Shown here: positions 23,919-46,320 of the stretch, piece by piece
How positions within the stretch are numbered: position 1 is the first letter of the stretch
Layout: every line of letters begins with the position of its first letter
Assembly (NCBI RefSeq): GCF_000315625.1
Contig: NW_005434571.1
Coordinates: 76,027 to 140,026, forward strand
DNA from: Guillardia theta CCMP2712
Lineage: Eukaryota; Protista; Cryptophyta
Reading direction: 5' to 3'
Length of the DNA: 64,000 nt
The notes under the pieces: generated by a model
The model's input: the letters and a program-made list of their open reading frames with translations, nothing else
What the model was told of the DNA's origin: nothing
Database searches by the model: none
Position numbers and translations under genes: made by a program

Positions 23919-24940
23919 TTGAATGCACGCCGCATCCGACCCCGCGCCGCGCACGGGGGTCGGGGCACTGCACTGCCGCACCGGGGCCCCCGCCGGGGCG
24001 AGTCACGGGCCGCCGGGGCGCAAGTCACGGGCCCGGGGCGCAGTGCGGCAGCCGCGCGACTCCTTCCAGTTCCGACTCGTGACTGCCGGGGTCACCAGTG
24101 GGCCCCCCGGCCCGCCCGGCGCCGCTGACTCGGAGTCACGGCGCGGCCAGCGACCGGCGTCGGATCGGCCGGGACCGTCCGATCAGCGACTGAGTCGACC
24201 GTACTATCACTTCTCGGGGGCGCCCGGCCGCGTTACACCGTGGCACGGTCTGGAACGGTCCGTCACTACCGTACGGCCGCCCAGAGTACTACCGTAGTAC
24301 GGCCGGCCCGGGCCCGGTACGGCCCGTCGCGGCGCCCCCGCGCCGCGGCAACTGAAGTTCAGCACTCGGAACTTGCTTACTAAACGGACCGTGAGTCCGA
24401 CTTGGGCCGGCAGAGTCTGTCACAACTTCAATTCAATGTGACTCGGCGGCCGCACGGCACCGTGACTGCAGTGCCACGCGGCCGCTGACTGAGTGGCAGG
24501 CTTAGCCCCGGCCGCCCGGCGGCGTGAGCGGCGGCGGCGGCGGCGGCGGCGGCGGAGGCCCTTCAAGTTCGCCCGGGCCCGGCGTCACCCGGGCCGACCG
24601 TCCGATCCGGACTCAGTTGTACCGACTGCAGGCTCAGTGACTACGATCGGACACGGTACTGAAGTCCTGAGTGGAGCCCGGCGCCGCCGGATGAGACGGT
24701 CAGCGCCGGGCCGGCGGGAGTCCGACGGTCGGCCCCGCGGCGCCGTGCGGCAGTGCCGGCGGCAGTGCGGCTCCGGCGGCGGCGCGGCCGCGGCACGGCG
24801 CGGGCCGCCGGGGTTGAACTGACGGAAGGACTCTGTGACACGGTCTGCCCGGCCCCGGCGCGGCATCCCGCCGCCGCCGCCGTGCCACGGTGAGTGAGTC
24901 CCGGCGCCACCCGGCGTCACGGCCCGGCCCGGTCCGATCG
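23919..24940. repeat. GC-rich palindromic-word island
   Basis: Same vocabulary; (GGC)n run at ~24528-24555. Confidence 0.8.
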
Positions 24941-27589
24941 CATAGCGTTGCTTTTCCGGCCGGGCGCTCATAGGAAAAATTGGCAAGATTTTTTTTTTTT
25001 CGAAGGGCCTGTGGGGTCCCTTCATTTCATGCCATGTGGGAGTACCCTACTTTGAGAAGGCGTGTAGGAGGGTACTCGCTCTTAGGAAAATCGTTGCTGC
25101 GCAGGGCCAAAGAGGGGTAGGGTGATTTGAATTTGGTTGCTTGGACACCTCACCACGCCAAACCAAAGTAAAAGTACGAATTTTAGAAGTATCTGTGGTA
25201 CCAACTTAATATTGCAGCGTTTATATGGTACAAAACGAGGGCCAAACTGGTCGGAACTTCGACTTCCGAGAACCCCTCCGTTTGACTTTCGTTGGGGGGT
25301 GGGGTGGGTATGGAGCACCCTCAACTACCCACCTTTGAACCAGTTTGAAACTCTGTGATAGGGGGTGGGGGGTAGCCCCCATTTCTCATTCCCCAAGCCC
25401 CCTCTCCCTGGACGAGCAAGAGGCGATGAAATGGTGCCTTCCTGACACGCGAGGATGAACCTTGATATTGAGAGACTTCGAATCCAACCCAACTGAGATA
25501 GAAATGAGATGAAGATCTCATATCACATCTGTAAGAGATGATCGAGCTTCTTTCTCAACTCTGCAGGTTGGGCCAAGGTTTGAATCATCCATCGTGTACT
25601 GGAATATGCACCCTAGGTACAAACAATCCGCGTGTGTACTTGAAAATATTCTTCGAAGACAAGATGAAATTTTCATGAACAGCTAAGCAACTAATGATAG
25701 ATTCACCATTGAACAGAATCAACTCTGATTGACCCTTCTTTCAAATTGCCGTAGGTTGAACGTTGAGCTCAAATGCATGATTTGTGAGAAATTTGTATCA
25801 AACTGTACCTTAAGCGACTTTGCTGTCTAGATATGTGTTCTCGTGTCATCACTCACTTTCAATTCTTCTAGTCTTACGGTCAGGATTCATGCACCTCACT
25901 TTTCTATAAAGAAAGCTTTACATGCTCAACCGTTCAATGATGCATGAAGAGACGTTTGCACAAAGGATTTCTTTACCTGCCAGGATAGATGACTTTGAAT
26001 CATCGTTGTTGATCATGAATCACTATACCCATGATCAAGTGCATTGACAATTGCATTTCCATGTTTCATGACGTTGTTTTCTGCACTGCAACTAAGTTCT
26101 TCCTCTGTCATGACATTTCCACAACGCTGCAGAAACCTAGTTAGAAATGAAACAATGTGCAGATGAATCTGATATCAATAAATGAGATGTTCTTCGAATC
26201 AATCCTGCCTTGTTTGGACAGTTCGCAATGCTACCATGCAACAGTAGAGTTCTTGTCGCATTTGGCTCTACAGAGGGTTGCCTTGTTCAACAGAGCAAGC
26301 ACTCGATGATTGTAAACGAACCGCAAACACTGTGAATCAATAAACAGAATTCCACATTCAGGTGATCATATCTTTATTACAAGCGTTTCAATCTGGGTAA
26401 AAGCACAACCGACCTCCTTGTAATCCTGACGACGTTCCATCTTTTGCCTGGCGAAGTTATTTCTGTGTTAACCAAGAAGCATGTGACATGTAGCCACATC
26501 ATAAATGCTGTACGGCCTGGAATATCAGCATCTTCAAAGTGCTCGTGTTTGCTGTGACCGTATCATCTGCTTGGCAGCGGCTCATTGATGGACACACGAT
26601 CTGATGCAAGTTCACACCAGTAATATTTAGATGATGCATCGTGTGATCAAATGGCATAGACCTTGGTGATTTGCAACATGTTTCATCGTTCCAACACATT
26701 CTTGAAAACCGGATGAAGAATCCTTCACGAACCACTGGACTTGCTTGTTATCATTCGATAGTGCTGTGGATCATCGTGGTTTCAAGCAATCGAGCAGCTC
26801 ACTGCTAAAATGCACTGTATTTCTTGCGAGCCTATCAGCCATCATCGTGAAGACATGTGTTCTTGAGCTCACTGGTGACTGTACGGCTTTTGAACAATCC
26901 AGTCACCGTCGGATGATGATTCCCTGTCGTCTTGTGTGTAATCTCCATCCATCTACTCCAACTCAGTTTCCCTGTCATGCATCGCAGATAGCTTAGGGTA
27001 TTTCACAACCCGGTTTCGATTGCAACGTATCCCTGTGATGGTGATTTTCACTTGTATTATTGATGCTCTTCGCTCACCAAACGATTTTTCGTGAGATTCA
27101 CGCACTGTACCAAGCACTCCTCAAGGATCATCATCTCTACACCTCAGGAATTTCCCATGAGGATGTTCGGTGAACATCTGATGTCTGCACACGCTGCCGC
27201 GGGCTCGCTGTTTGCGAGCCCTGGTTAGGGCAGTACAGAGCGGTGCGACGTGCCCCGAACAAGGGGAGGCTCATGGCGTGTAGAGAGGTCGTTCAAACTT
27301 GTTTATAAAATTGTACCATAAGAAGGCTCTACAAATTAGTTAGTAGACTACCCCATGATCTCACTGCAACTTCTGGGGTGCAGCCCTACTTCTCTGTTTA
27401 TACTCAACCATTCCACAATACAGTTTAAAATATCTTATTGGAAAACAACATCAGAGTTATAAACCTGAAATTTGGACCCTGTTTGAAATCCTCAAACACG
27501 CCACCCCCCAATCCACATAGAAAGCAGAACAACCCCCTCACGGGAAAACATACAGCCCAAAGCAGAAAAAGCAAAATGTCAACGCTATG
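24941..27589. mobile_element. Putative inverted-end cassette 3 (~2.6 kb) with decayed coding-like DNA
   Basis: CATAGCGTTG (24941) against CAACGCTATG (27580); inner TATGGTACAA inverted pair. Shares GCAAGAGGCGATG..GAGACTTCGAATC with cassette 2. Confidence 0.5.
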
Positions 27590-28065
27590 GGCGGCCCCAA
27601 ATCATACGGCAGTGACTCCCGTACCGTACTGCGGCGCCCCGGCCGCGGCGGCGGCGAAGTTTCTTTCCATCGGTCATGGCATCGCCAGCTATCGTTGACC
27701 GTTGTCGCGCCGCCGCCGGGCAGCCACCGCCACTGAGAGTCCGGGCCGAGCCTGGCATGGTCCGATCACGCTGACCGGCCCGGGTCCGTCCGATACTAAG
27801 CCTTCAGCTCGTACTGAAGTTTTACTTAATTGTGAGTAAACTAAACTGTTTTAGCTAAATGCACTGTTGCCTGTATCTGGCAGCCGGCAGCAATGGCTGC
27901 CCCCGCATGGTACTGAGGTTCCCCTGCAGCTGGATAGGTGATCAGAGGGTCGCTCAGCACGCGTAGAACTCAGAGAGCGGTCACCAGCGACTCTCTGCTC
28001 TAGCTGATAGCGTCCCTTCTTCTTCACTGTCGCATGCTCGGACCAGTTTGAGTGGAGTTGCGACC

Positions 28066-38525
<10,460 letters not shown>

Positions 38526-39960
38526 GCCCGGCGAGCGCGCCGGGAACGGCAGTTCCAGCTCACTCCGACTGAGCGCCGATTCGTCCGGCGATTCGTCCCC
38601 CACCCCCCCCCCCCTGGGCCCTGGGGACGGTCACAGCGGCCGTTCAACCGTTGTTCCGATGATCAAAAAACTATGCCATGATGATTGATACAACTTCAAT
38701 TCTTCTCTCTGACATACTGGAGCCTAGTACGCCGCGGTCCTGCCAGGCTGGCCGGGCGGTACCGGGCCGGGCCGGGCCCGAGCGTGACCGTGACTCTCAG
38801 CACGGCCGCTGATGATGTGATCGCGGGGACCGTACCGTAGCTGCCGTCCGGGACTCTCCGAGCCTCCGCTCAGGAGTCCGAGCCTCGGACCGGCCCGCCC
38901 GGGGCAGGCTTGAAACGGTCACTAAGTTCGTTGTGAGTAAGTGGAAAATCAGACGGGAGTTGCCAGTTGAAATACCACGGTCCCGGCCGGACCGCGGGGG
39001 GGCCGCGCGGCGCACAGCCGGGCCCTGTACGGTCGGCCCGGCGTCACGCAGCCTGCCGCTGCCGGCTCCCGGGCGAGGAGGCTGAATCGGTGGCAGTGAG
39101 CCGCCGGGAGTCCGAGGGGAGTCAAACTCCGAGGCTCGGCCGAGTGCGGCCGCGCCGCGCGCCGCGCAGTGTGCGGCCCGGCGCGCGCCCCACTGACCCG
39201 GCGTGTTGCGGCCAGTCACTGAGCCTCGGAGCATTGGCAAAGTTCACCGTGAGTCACCGGATCGGACTGGCCGCGCTGCACCGCCGGGCCGCGGCACTGA
39301 GTGAGCCGCTCGGGGGGAATTGTCCTGCGCGGCAGTGAAGCAAGTGAAGCGGCGGCCCGGGTATCAGTTAAGTTTGGGGGACAGCAGTCGGCAGGATTGG
39401 GTTTGGTTCTCGCTATCGAGTGAAGTTTCTCTTCTCGCCGTTTGGCCAGTGCCACCGTGCCACCGTGGCACGGGCACGGTGCGACAGTGATTGGGCCAGT
39501 CAGTGGGCCGGGGGGCGGCCGGGATCGGACTCCGCCCGTCCGACGCCGTGATCGGACCGTCCGAGTCTCGGACTGGGAGGCTCCAGGGCCCGCCGGGGCC
39601 CGGGCCCGGCCGCCCGCCCGGCCACCCCGGCGGGCCGCCCGGCCCGCCGCCCGGCGGGGCCCGCCGGCCCGAAAAGGCCGCGACTTCAGAACGGGTCACG
39701 GACTCAGTTGAGTGCGGCCCTGAGCCCGGAAAAGGCCGCGACTTCAACGGGTCACGGACTTGGCAGTTGATTTTTCACTTACTATCCGACACTTCAGGCT
39801 TTGAGTAGAGTGACCCACTGCCCAGGCTGTCAGTGTCTAGACGTAACTTCGGCGGTTGGAGGCTCGCGGCGGGCGGCTTAGTGGCCGCCGCACTGGGCCC
39901 GTGACTGACTCGGAGCCCCGGCGGGCAGCACACAGGCTCTGGGGCCAGCCGCGTGACTCT
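38526..39960. repeat. GC-rich palindromic-word island
   Basis: Same vocabulary; shares a skeleton motif with the island at 62165-63550. Confidence 0.8.
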
Positions 39961-39987
39961 ATTTTACCGTGCCTCAATACTTCTTCG

Positions 39988-40161
39988 TACTGATTTTTCA
40001 CTTAACTTTGAGTAAAGTCTACCGTACAGCACTTTACTAATCGGTAGTCTTACCCGGATCAACGGTTTACTCAATTGAACCGTGCGGTACCGTACTGTGA
40101 CTGTACCGCAAGTACACACAGTACCTGAATCCTTTGCTCAAAGTTGAGTTAAAAATCAGTA
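39988..40161. mobile_element. MITE-like 174-bp element with 30-bp inverted ends bounded by TA
   Basis: TACTGATTTTTCACTTAACTTTGAGTAAAG matches the reverse complement of 40132-40161 at 27/30. Confidence 0.7.
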
Positions 40162-41164
40162 GAGTAGCAGCAGCTTTACGATTTGGCCCCCGAGCGCAAA
40201 CCGAACTGTTTTTTTTTTTGTTAGATGGCTCCGCTATCTTTACTACTGAAATCACGAGGCAGCAGAACGAGGCCCTTTCAGATCCCCACCGAAATCCTAC
40301 CACCCCTTGGGGCTACCACCCGCTGGAGCATTGACTGACAAGTATACCCGTTCAAACAACAGCAATGGGATGGTGAATGCACCCCGTCATCCTGGAGACT
40401 TTGCCGGACTACCCCCCTTTTGAGTAGGCCGAAACAAACTTCTTGCAAAAAGCCTCGATTTATTTTCTTTTTCGTGAGTTTTTGTTTTTGGTAGAGGGTT
40501 TTGGGAAAGAGGGACCACTTACTACCCTCATAGTATTAACTTAGAGCCTCACTTATGAATAACTTCAGCTTATAGGCAAGGAATGCTTCCGCGCTTTCCA
40601 TGCAGTCGTGACCTTGTCCCCCTAGCTTGCCCATCCCTCGGTCCATTTACACAGTCATAACCATTCAGCACAATGAAATTTTGAAATTTGATAGTGTAGG
40701 TTGAAACAATGCGTTGCATTGCCAAAAGGGTTAACTCCAATTCGATGCATGATCAATGGGTAGGGGTAGGTGGGGTGGTCAATTCGTGCTCCACGAGCTG
40801 TATAAGGTGAAGTACTCGTGAATCGTTAGGGTAGGGGTACAAACCTGTGGTGGGTACTAAAAACAATTTTCCAATTTTAGGAAATAACTCCATTGAAACG
40901 ATGAATAAACGGGACGATTCGATTGAAGAGTTAACTCCAAACGATATGAAAGGAGTTATTTTCACAAGAAGTGGTATCGGAGGCCCTTAGCACCTCTCTC
41001 AAAGATATCATCTTCCCCCCCTTCACCACCATTTCTATCCTCTTGCTGTTGTTACGAAGACACGAGCCTCTACACACAGTCAAAGTAGCGATCCTCCGCC
41101 GCCTTCGTACCTACCATCCCTCCATCTTCCAGATCTGATCAACCAAACAGTGACGTACTGAAAC

Positions 41165-41638
41165 ATGAGAAATTTCGATCCCATTGCTTCATTGCCCATC
41201 AGGGCACCTCCAAGCGACACCAAGCGAAGGTATTCCTTGAACCCGAGAGACGAGATCATGAGGAAATATGAAGATTCGGAACAAGCTGCAAAGATCCAGC
41301 AATCGAGAGCAAGCATGCTCAAATCCGAGCTCGAGATTTACGATATGGAAAGATGTATTTCATGGAGCGACTCTTTCACGCTCCGCAACAACGATGCAGC
41401 AAGGGAGGCGTTGTTCCTTCCCAGTTGCAATCCGGACCAAGAAATAGCCTCCCTCCAAGACTGCTTGAATGATTGCGAGGACTCGCTGAACTCGACCCCT
41501 GGCCTCAAGTCCATCGACCGTTCCGGGAACCTCATGTTGTGCGGGGATCGCGGAGACATCAACCGAGACTTGATCAGTCCGTTCGGGCCCTCGATCGATC
41601 ATATTGGAAACTTTCGCACTAAGATCACACAGATCTGA
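41165..41638 (+). CDS. Hypothetical protein, 157 aa
   Basis: Clean ATG ORF with normal composition; no motif recognised. Confidence 0.5.
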   Translation: MRNFDPIASLPIRAPPSDTKRRYSLNPRDEIMRKYEDSEQAAKIQQSRASMLKSELEIYDMERCISWSDSFTLRNNDAAREALFLPSCNPDQEIASLQDCLNDCEDSLNSTPGLKSIDRSGNLMLCGDRGDINRDLISPFGPSIDHIGNFRTKITQI

Positions 41639-42442
41639 GTCTTGAGATTTCACCTTGTACTTTAGCATCCACAACATGTAAATTCTTGCTATTGATTAAA
41701 AGAAGGAAAAATGAACCTAGCTACACGTGGCACACTAGCTTTCAAGTTTTATTATGAAAAACTGTTGCTCAACCTAGCCTCAGCATCAACGGAACTGAAG
41801 AGAGCGCTCACGCTGGAAGAGAGCACAGTTTAGACAGCACAGGTCAGGATACTAGCATACACGGCCGGATTCAATACCTGGCTCCTTCCATCTTCCCATC
41901 TTGCGCTTCGATATCTTCTATTGCCATATGGGCAGAGACTGAAGCACACTGCGCAACGACTGAGTCTTCTTATGCAGCATCATTGCGTACAACAAACCTG
42001 AATCGAACAATGCGGTTCATTTCCGGCCATGATCCAAGTGCAACCACTGATCTTCTTGCGACAGACATGACATACCTGTCAAGTTGTCAAGACCAAGGGC
42101 ATCAGACCATCGTTTCGAAGTACGTGCAAGCTCTTTACAGCCGGGTCTTGCACCTTCCCAGTCTCCATCCCCTACGTCCCATAAATGACAAGAAAACTGA
42201 TGCAGGAACACGCTTTCCACCTCTTCTTGCATCCTCGCAACTTCTTCTTCGTGATGGTGAAAGTCCGACCAATCATCTAGTTTGTCCATCGTCATCAAAC
42301 AAATACGAGTAAACATCTCAAATGAATAAAACTACCTTCCGGACTAAAATGGTGTATTTGGGTGGAATGCACAAAGCTCCCAATATTCGATGTTTCTACT
42401 TCTTGACTTTTGACTGCATCGTTTCAGAGAGCATTCAGGCAT

Positions 42443-43291
42443 TTACATCAAATTTTGCACACCTTTCGGTGAAACTCGGCATTCAACAATCACATCTGAT
42501 TCCTCATGCGCGTCGTCGAGGATCTTCGTGTCCCAACTCTGTTTTGGTCTAGAATATTGTTGCAAACCGTCCAATTGAACAATGACCTCTTCCTCAAAGT
42601 TTCCTCGTATCCCGCATCCATTCTGTTCTACACTTGTTGTGTTGTCTAGTAAATCGATTGAGGGTTGTGTTTGTTCCCTGTCCTCAACAGGCGTTTTCAC
42701 AGCCACAGCAGAAGACGAGGCCGTCACATCACTCCACTGGCATCCTTGATTTTCACCGTCGGAACAGAGTGGGTCTGATGGCTTGCTGACATGTTTGTGA
42801 TAATTCATATCGAGCAAGGTCATCGATCTTTTCGTTCGAGTCCTCACCTTGACGAAAGGAAGCGAACAAAACTTTAACTTGACCTGGCTAACCTTCTCCT
42901 GTGATACATCTACAGGGCCAGCATTGCACGAATTAGCAAATTTCACATGAATGCTAGCATTCTGATTGTCATGAAGAAGACGCGTATAGTCACAGTAGGA
43001 AGCCGATCGTCTTGCCATCGGTTTGGTGGGACCGTTAGGGAGAAATCCAACGTCATACAACTTTTGTTTGTTGTCGGAAGGCTCATGAATTCTGTCAGGT
43101 CTGCAAGCAACAAATTCTGCATCCCTTATCCGGTAAAGCATACTCCCTCCACGCAGGCAGAGAGAGACAGGATGATTCTGAGTGGACCGAGGGTCACGCT
43201 CTATGTTCGGTGTGACATGATGCGTCTGGAGAGTTTGTTGCCCGAACAAAACCGAAAATAGCCAAATGGCCTCGATGTGTATTTTCCCCAT
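42443..43291 (-). CDS. Hypothetical protein (probably spliced to an upstream exon near 43322-43470)
   Basis: 282-aa ORF preceded by a gt..ag intron-like segment. Confidence 0.4.
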   Translation of the reverse strand: MGKIHIEAIWLFSVLFGQQTLQTHHVTPNIERDPRSTQNHPVSLCLRGGSMLYRIRDAEFVACRPDRIHEPSDNKQKLYDVGFLPNGPTKPMARRSASYCDYTRLLHDNQNASIHVKFANSCNAGPVDVSQEKVSQVKLKFCSLPFVKVRTRTKRSMTLLDMNYHKHVSKPSDPLCSDGENQGCQWSDVTASSSAVAVKTPVEDREQTQPSIDLLDNTTSVEQNGCGIRGNFEEEVIVQLDGLQQYSRPKQSWDTKILDDAHEESDVIVECRVSPKGVQNLM

Positions 43292-43809
43292 CTGTATCTT
43301 ATTGTAAAAGGAGCTAGTACCTCAAGGTCGAACTCGGCAAGAAACCTTTTGCTGCTGTCTTTGTGGCGTTTGGCACGTGAAGAGTTCAAAGAGGGTTTAG
43401 CAGTTCCTGGGTCTGGACTTATCAGCCGCCACCAAATCTGGTCTAATTTCCTCCTGTTTCATCATGCCAAGATGAGTTTCAACGTTGGTCTTCCTGCTGT
43501 GAGTTGCCTCTCTCTCTCTCTCCTTCCTTTCCCTTGCTTTCCTCCCGCTCCGCCCTGTTCTGTTCAATCCACAGACAAGCGGCGCAGAAGTACATTCTAT
43601 TACCCCACCCCCTGACCCCTACCCCCACCATATAAAGGATTCAATGTCACCTACCCCCCTTGATCCGTACCCCTACCCCCATGAAAGGTCAAGGGTATAG
43701 TGATTGAAGGGCTAGTCATAGTAGCACACCACCCCTACCCTTGGGATCCAGAGGAGACTGTTGAGATCCCTTGGATGATCTCACCACAGTCTTGTCCTGT
43801 AAAGACTTG

Positions 43810-45100
43810 AACGGGATCGGACCGCCTCAATTCCACTGAGCCCGCCCCGCGACTCCGTGCAGTGCCGCGACACCGTGACGGCGACCTTGCCAAGTTGCCC
43901 GCCGTGACTCAGTGACCGTTCGACTCAGTCCGGCGCGGCGAGGCAGCGGAGTCCGCCTGGCGGCCCGGCGCCCGGGTCCAGGCGCCGCGGTCGTCCGATC
44001 CTGTAAAGACTTGAACGGGTCCGCCTCAATTTTACTGAGCCTGCCCCCGGGGCAGTCACGGTCCGCCGGCCGATCCGAGAAGACTTGAAGGCTTCCGAAG
44101 TTCATCTTCCGCCGCGCCGGCGGAAGCCGGCCTAGGCTCACCCCGGGCCGTGCCCGGCCGCCCGGCGCCGGTGCGAGTCGGACCCGTCACGCCGGTACGG
44201 TACGGTAGCCTAGTAGTACCGTACGTAGTACGGCCCGGCCCGCCGTACTACGGTACGGGCCGATCCGCCGGGCCGGTTACTGTCTCCGACACTGCGAGTA
44301 CCGTAAGTCGCGCGGCTGCCCGGCGCACGCGGCGCCAGCTGAGCGGCGGCACTGCGCCTCCTCCTCGACCTGCTCCTTCATCCTCCGACCCCGAGTCCGG
44401 TCGGCAGTGGCGGGTCACCACCGTCGGGCGGCCTCAGCACTCAGGTCCAGGCTGCCGCAGCGGCCCGGCCGGCCCGGCCCTCATCACTCCTTGAACCCTG
44501 ACCGTAGCCCAGCCGCGGCGGCGGGGCCTCCGACGATCCGATCGCTAAGTTGCCAAGTTGCGGCAACTGCCAAGGCCGGCGCTAGTAAGTTCAACTTGCC
44601 TCCCGCCGCCGCAGACTCTCTGCCAGGGCCGAACTTGGCAAAACCGTGTGATGATTCGGAGTTCCGAGCCGCCACCGGGTGACCGGGACTCCAAGTTTCG
44701 CCCGGCGCGCCGGGGCCCCGACGGTTCACTCAGCCTGGCGGCCCGGTGACCGTTCGGGAGTCAGTGCCCGGCCCCCAATCCGAGGCTCAGGCTCAGTGCC
44801 TGAGGTGGCACCGTCACGGTGAGGCTTGAAGTTCAAGTTGATGATTCGAGTCAATAGTTGATGACGGTGAGCCAGTCTCGCCGCAGCATTAGGCGACCCT
44901 TGATTTTATGTTCACGGTTGATATTCATTAATAGACAGTGACGGTAGCATGTGCCAGGATCTCTGAACTTTGAGATCACCCGGTGACCGATCGGATCACT
45001 CCCGGTTCCGAAGTTCACTGAACAGGACTCCGGACAACTGAGTTCTTCCGACAGCGGTTCCGAGTAAGTTCAAGGCTGAGGGATGCCGCGGCACAGTACT
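43810..45100. repeat. GC-rich palindromic-word island
   Basis: Same vocabulary. Confidence 0.8.
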
Positions 45101-45150
45101 ACGCGGCAGCACATAACCCATCATCATATGTTACACTACATAGCCCATCA

Positions 45151-45921
45151 CTACAAGGCTCCAGCCTCCTGCAAGATCGTCTCAAGCTCGCCTGGTAAGT
45201 GACATATTGGCATCAGTCCTCAGTGCATTGAGTGCATGTCAGATAAAAGTACCTGATGCTTTCTTCGACACCATGTCGTCGCCCCCTCCAATAAACTGAT
45301 ACAGCAGCTTCTCACAAAGGTAACATCATGCCGCATTCTCATACCTTCCCCTTGACAAAGACGCGAGGAACAGATCTTCCTCCCGTCAGAGTATTCAGGG
45401 CGTCCTGTTCCAGCAACTATCAGTTATTTCGAATGCGCTCGTGAGCTCATTCAGCCTCGCCGCAGGGAGTACCTGGATGGCGTTGCCATCATCGCGGAGG
45501 TCCAGCTCAAGCACTTCGTACTTGGCATTCAGCGAATCCAGTGCATCCTTTGCCTGGAAGAGAAAGCAACAGCTCACGAAAAGTTGTACGAGAGTCAGGG
45601 GCGAGACTACCTTAGCGCAAAATGGGCAGTAAGACTTGGAGAAGACAACGACGGGGTTGCTGCAATTGATAGCATCAGCAAGTTCAATCCACACACTTAT
45701 GAAGGCCATGAATGCAAATCTTGACAACAAGGATGGGCAAATGGGAAGCTATCATGGTAGAAAGTGAGCACATCATGCTTCACGCGTTGACAGGTCACAC
45801 TAATAGGCAATGTCGGTCAATCAGCTCAATCTCACTTTTCAATCGCTTTCTTTGCCACATGTTCTGCCGTCATCATCGGTGTTGCGCCGCCGACGGCATT
45901 GTTTGTCATACAGTTCCCCAT
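45151..45921 (-). CDS. GRX: Dithiol glutaredoxin (CPFC), 6 exons
   Basis: VVVFSKSYCPFCAK, GRSVPRVFVKGK, FIGGGDD, GELETILQEAGAL*. Confidence 0.9.
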
Positions 45922-46320
45922 AGCTCCGGTATCAAATACACGCAATGCACTCTTGTGTATGACAGGGTATAAAATCTGATTATAATAAAGAGTACCAGGT
46001 TAGTTTTATGGGTACAACTTTAGTACTGTGATTCTGAAAATATTTCTGAGGGATGCGCGTTTTTAAAATTCCAAGGAGTCGAAGGAACAAACAATTTTGG
46101 AGGGACGCTCTAGCTGTAGATTTACAAATGGATTCCGTCGTACTTTGGGGGTCATCCATCAAATTGCTGCTCTAAATTTGAAATCACAAGAACAAGATAC
46201 AATCAACCATCTGGTGAGTCACAACCCGCCGGTGACCGGTCCGACTCTCCGACCGCGGCCACAGGACTTCATCCGATCGGACGCGGCTGCCGTCAATGCT
46301 CTCCACTACTGTCAGAATCC

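Noticed and set aside
18727-27589. Polinton, virophage or giant-virus insertion
   Set aside because: No recognisable pPolB, capsid, packaging ATPase or integrase motifs. This cannot be fully excluded without profile searches.
38797-39808. Pro/Arg/Gly-rich ORFs in this and other GC islands
   Set aside because: Stop-poor composition gives ORFs in all frames; no domain signal.
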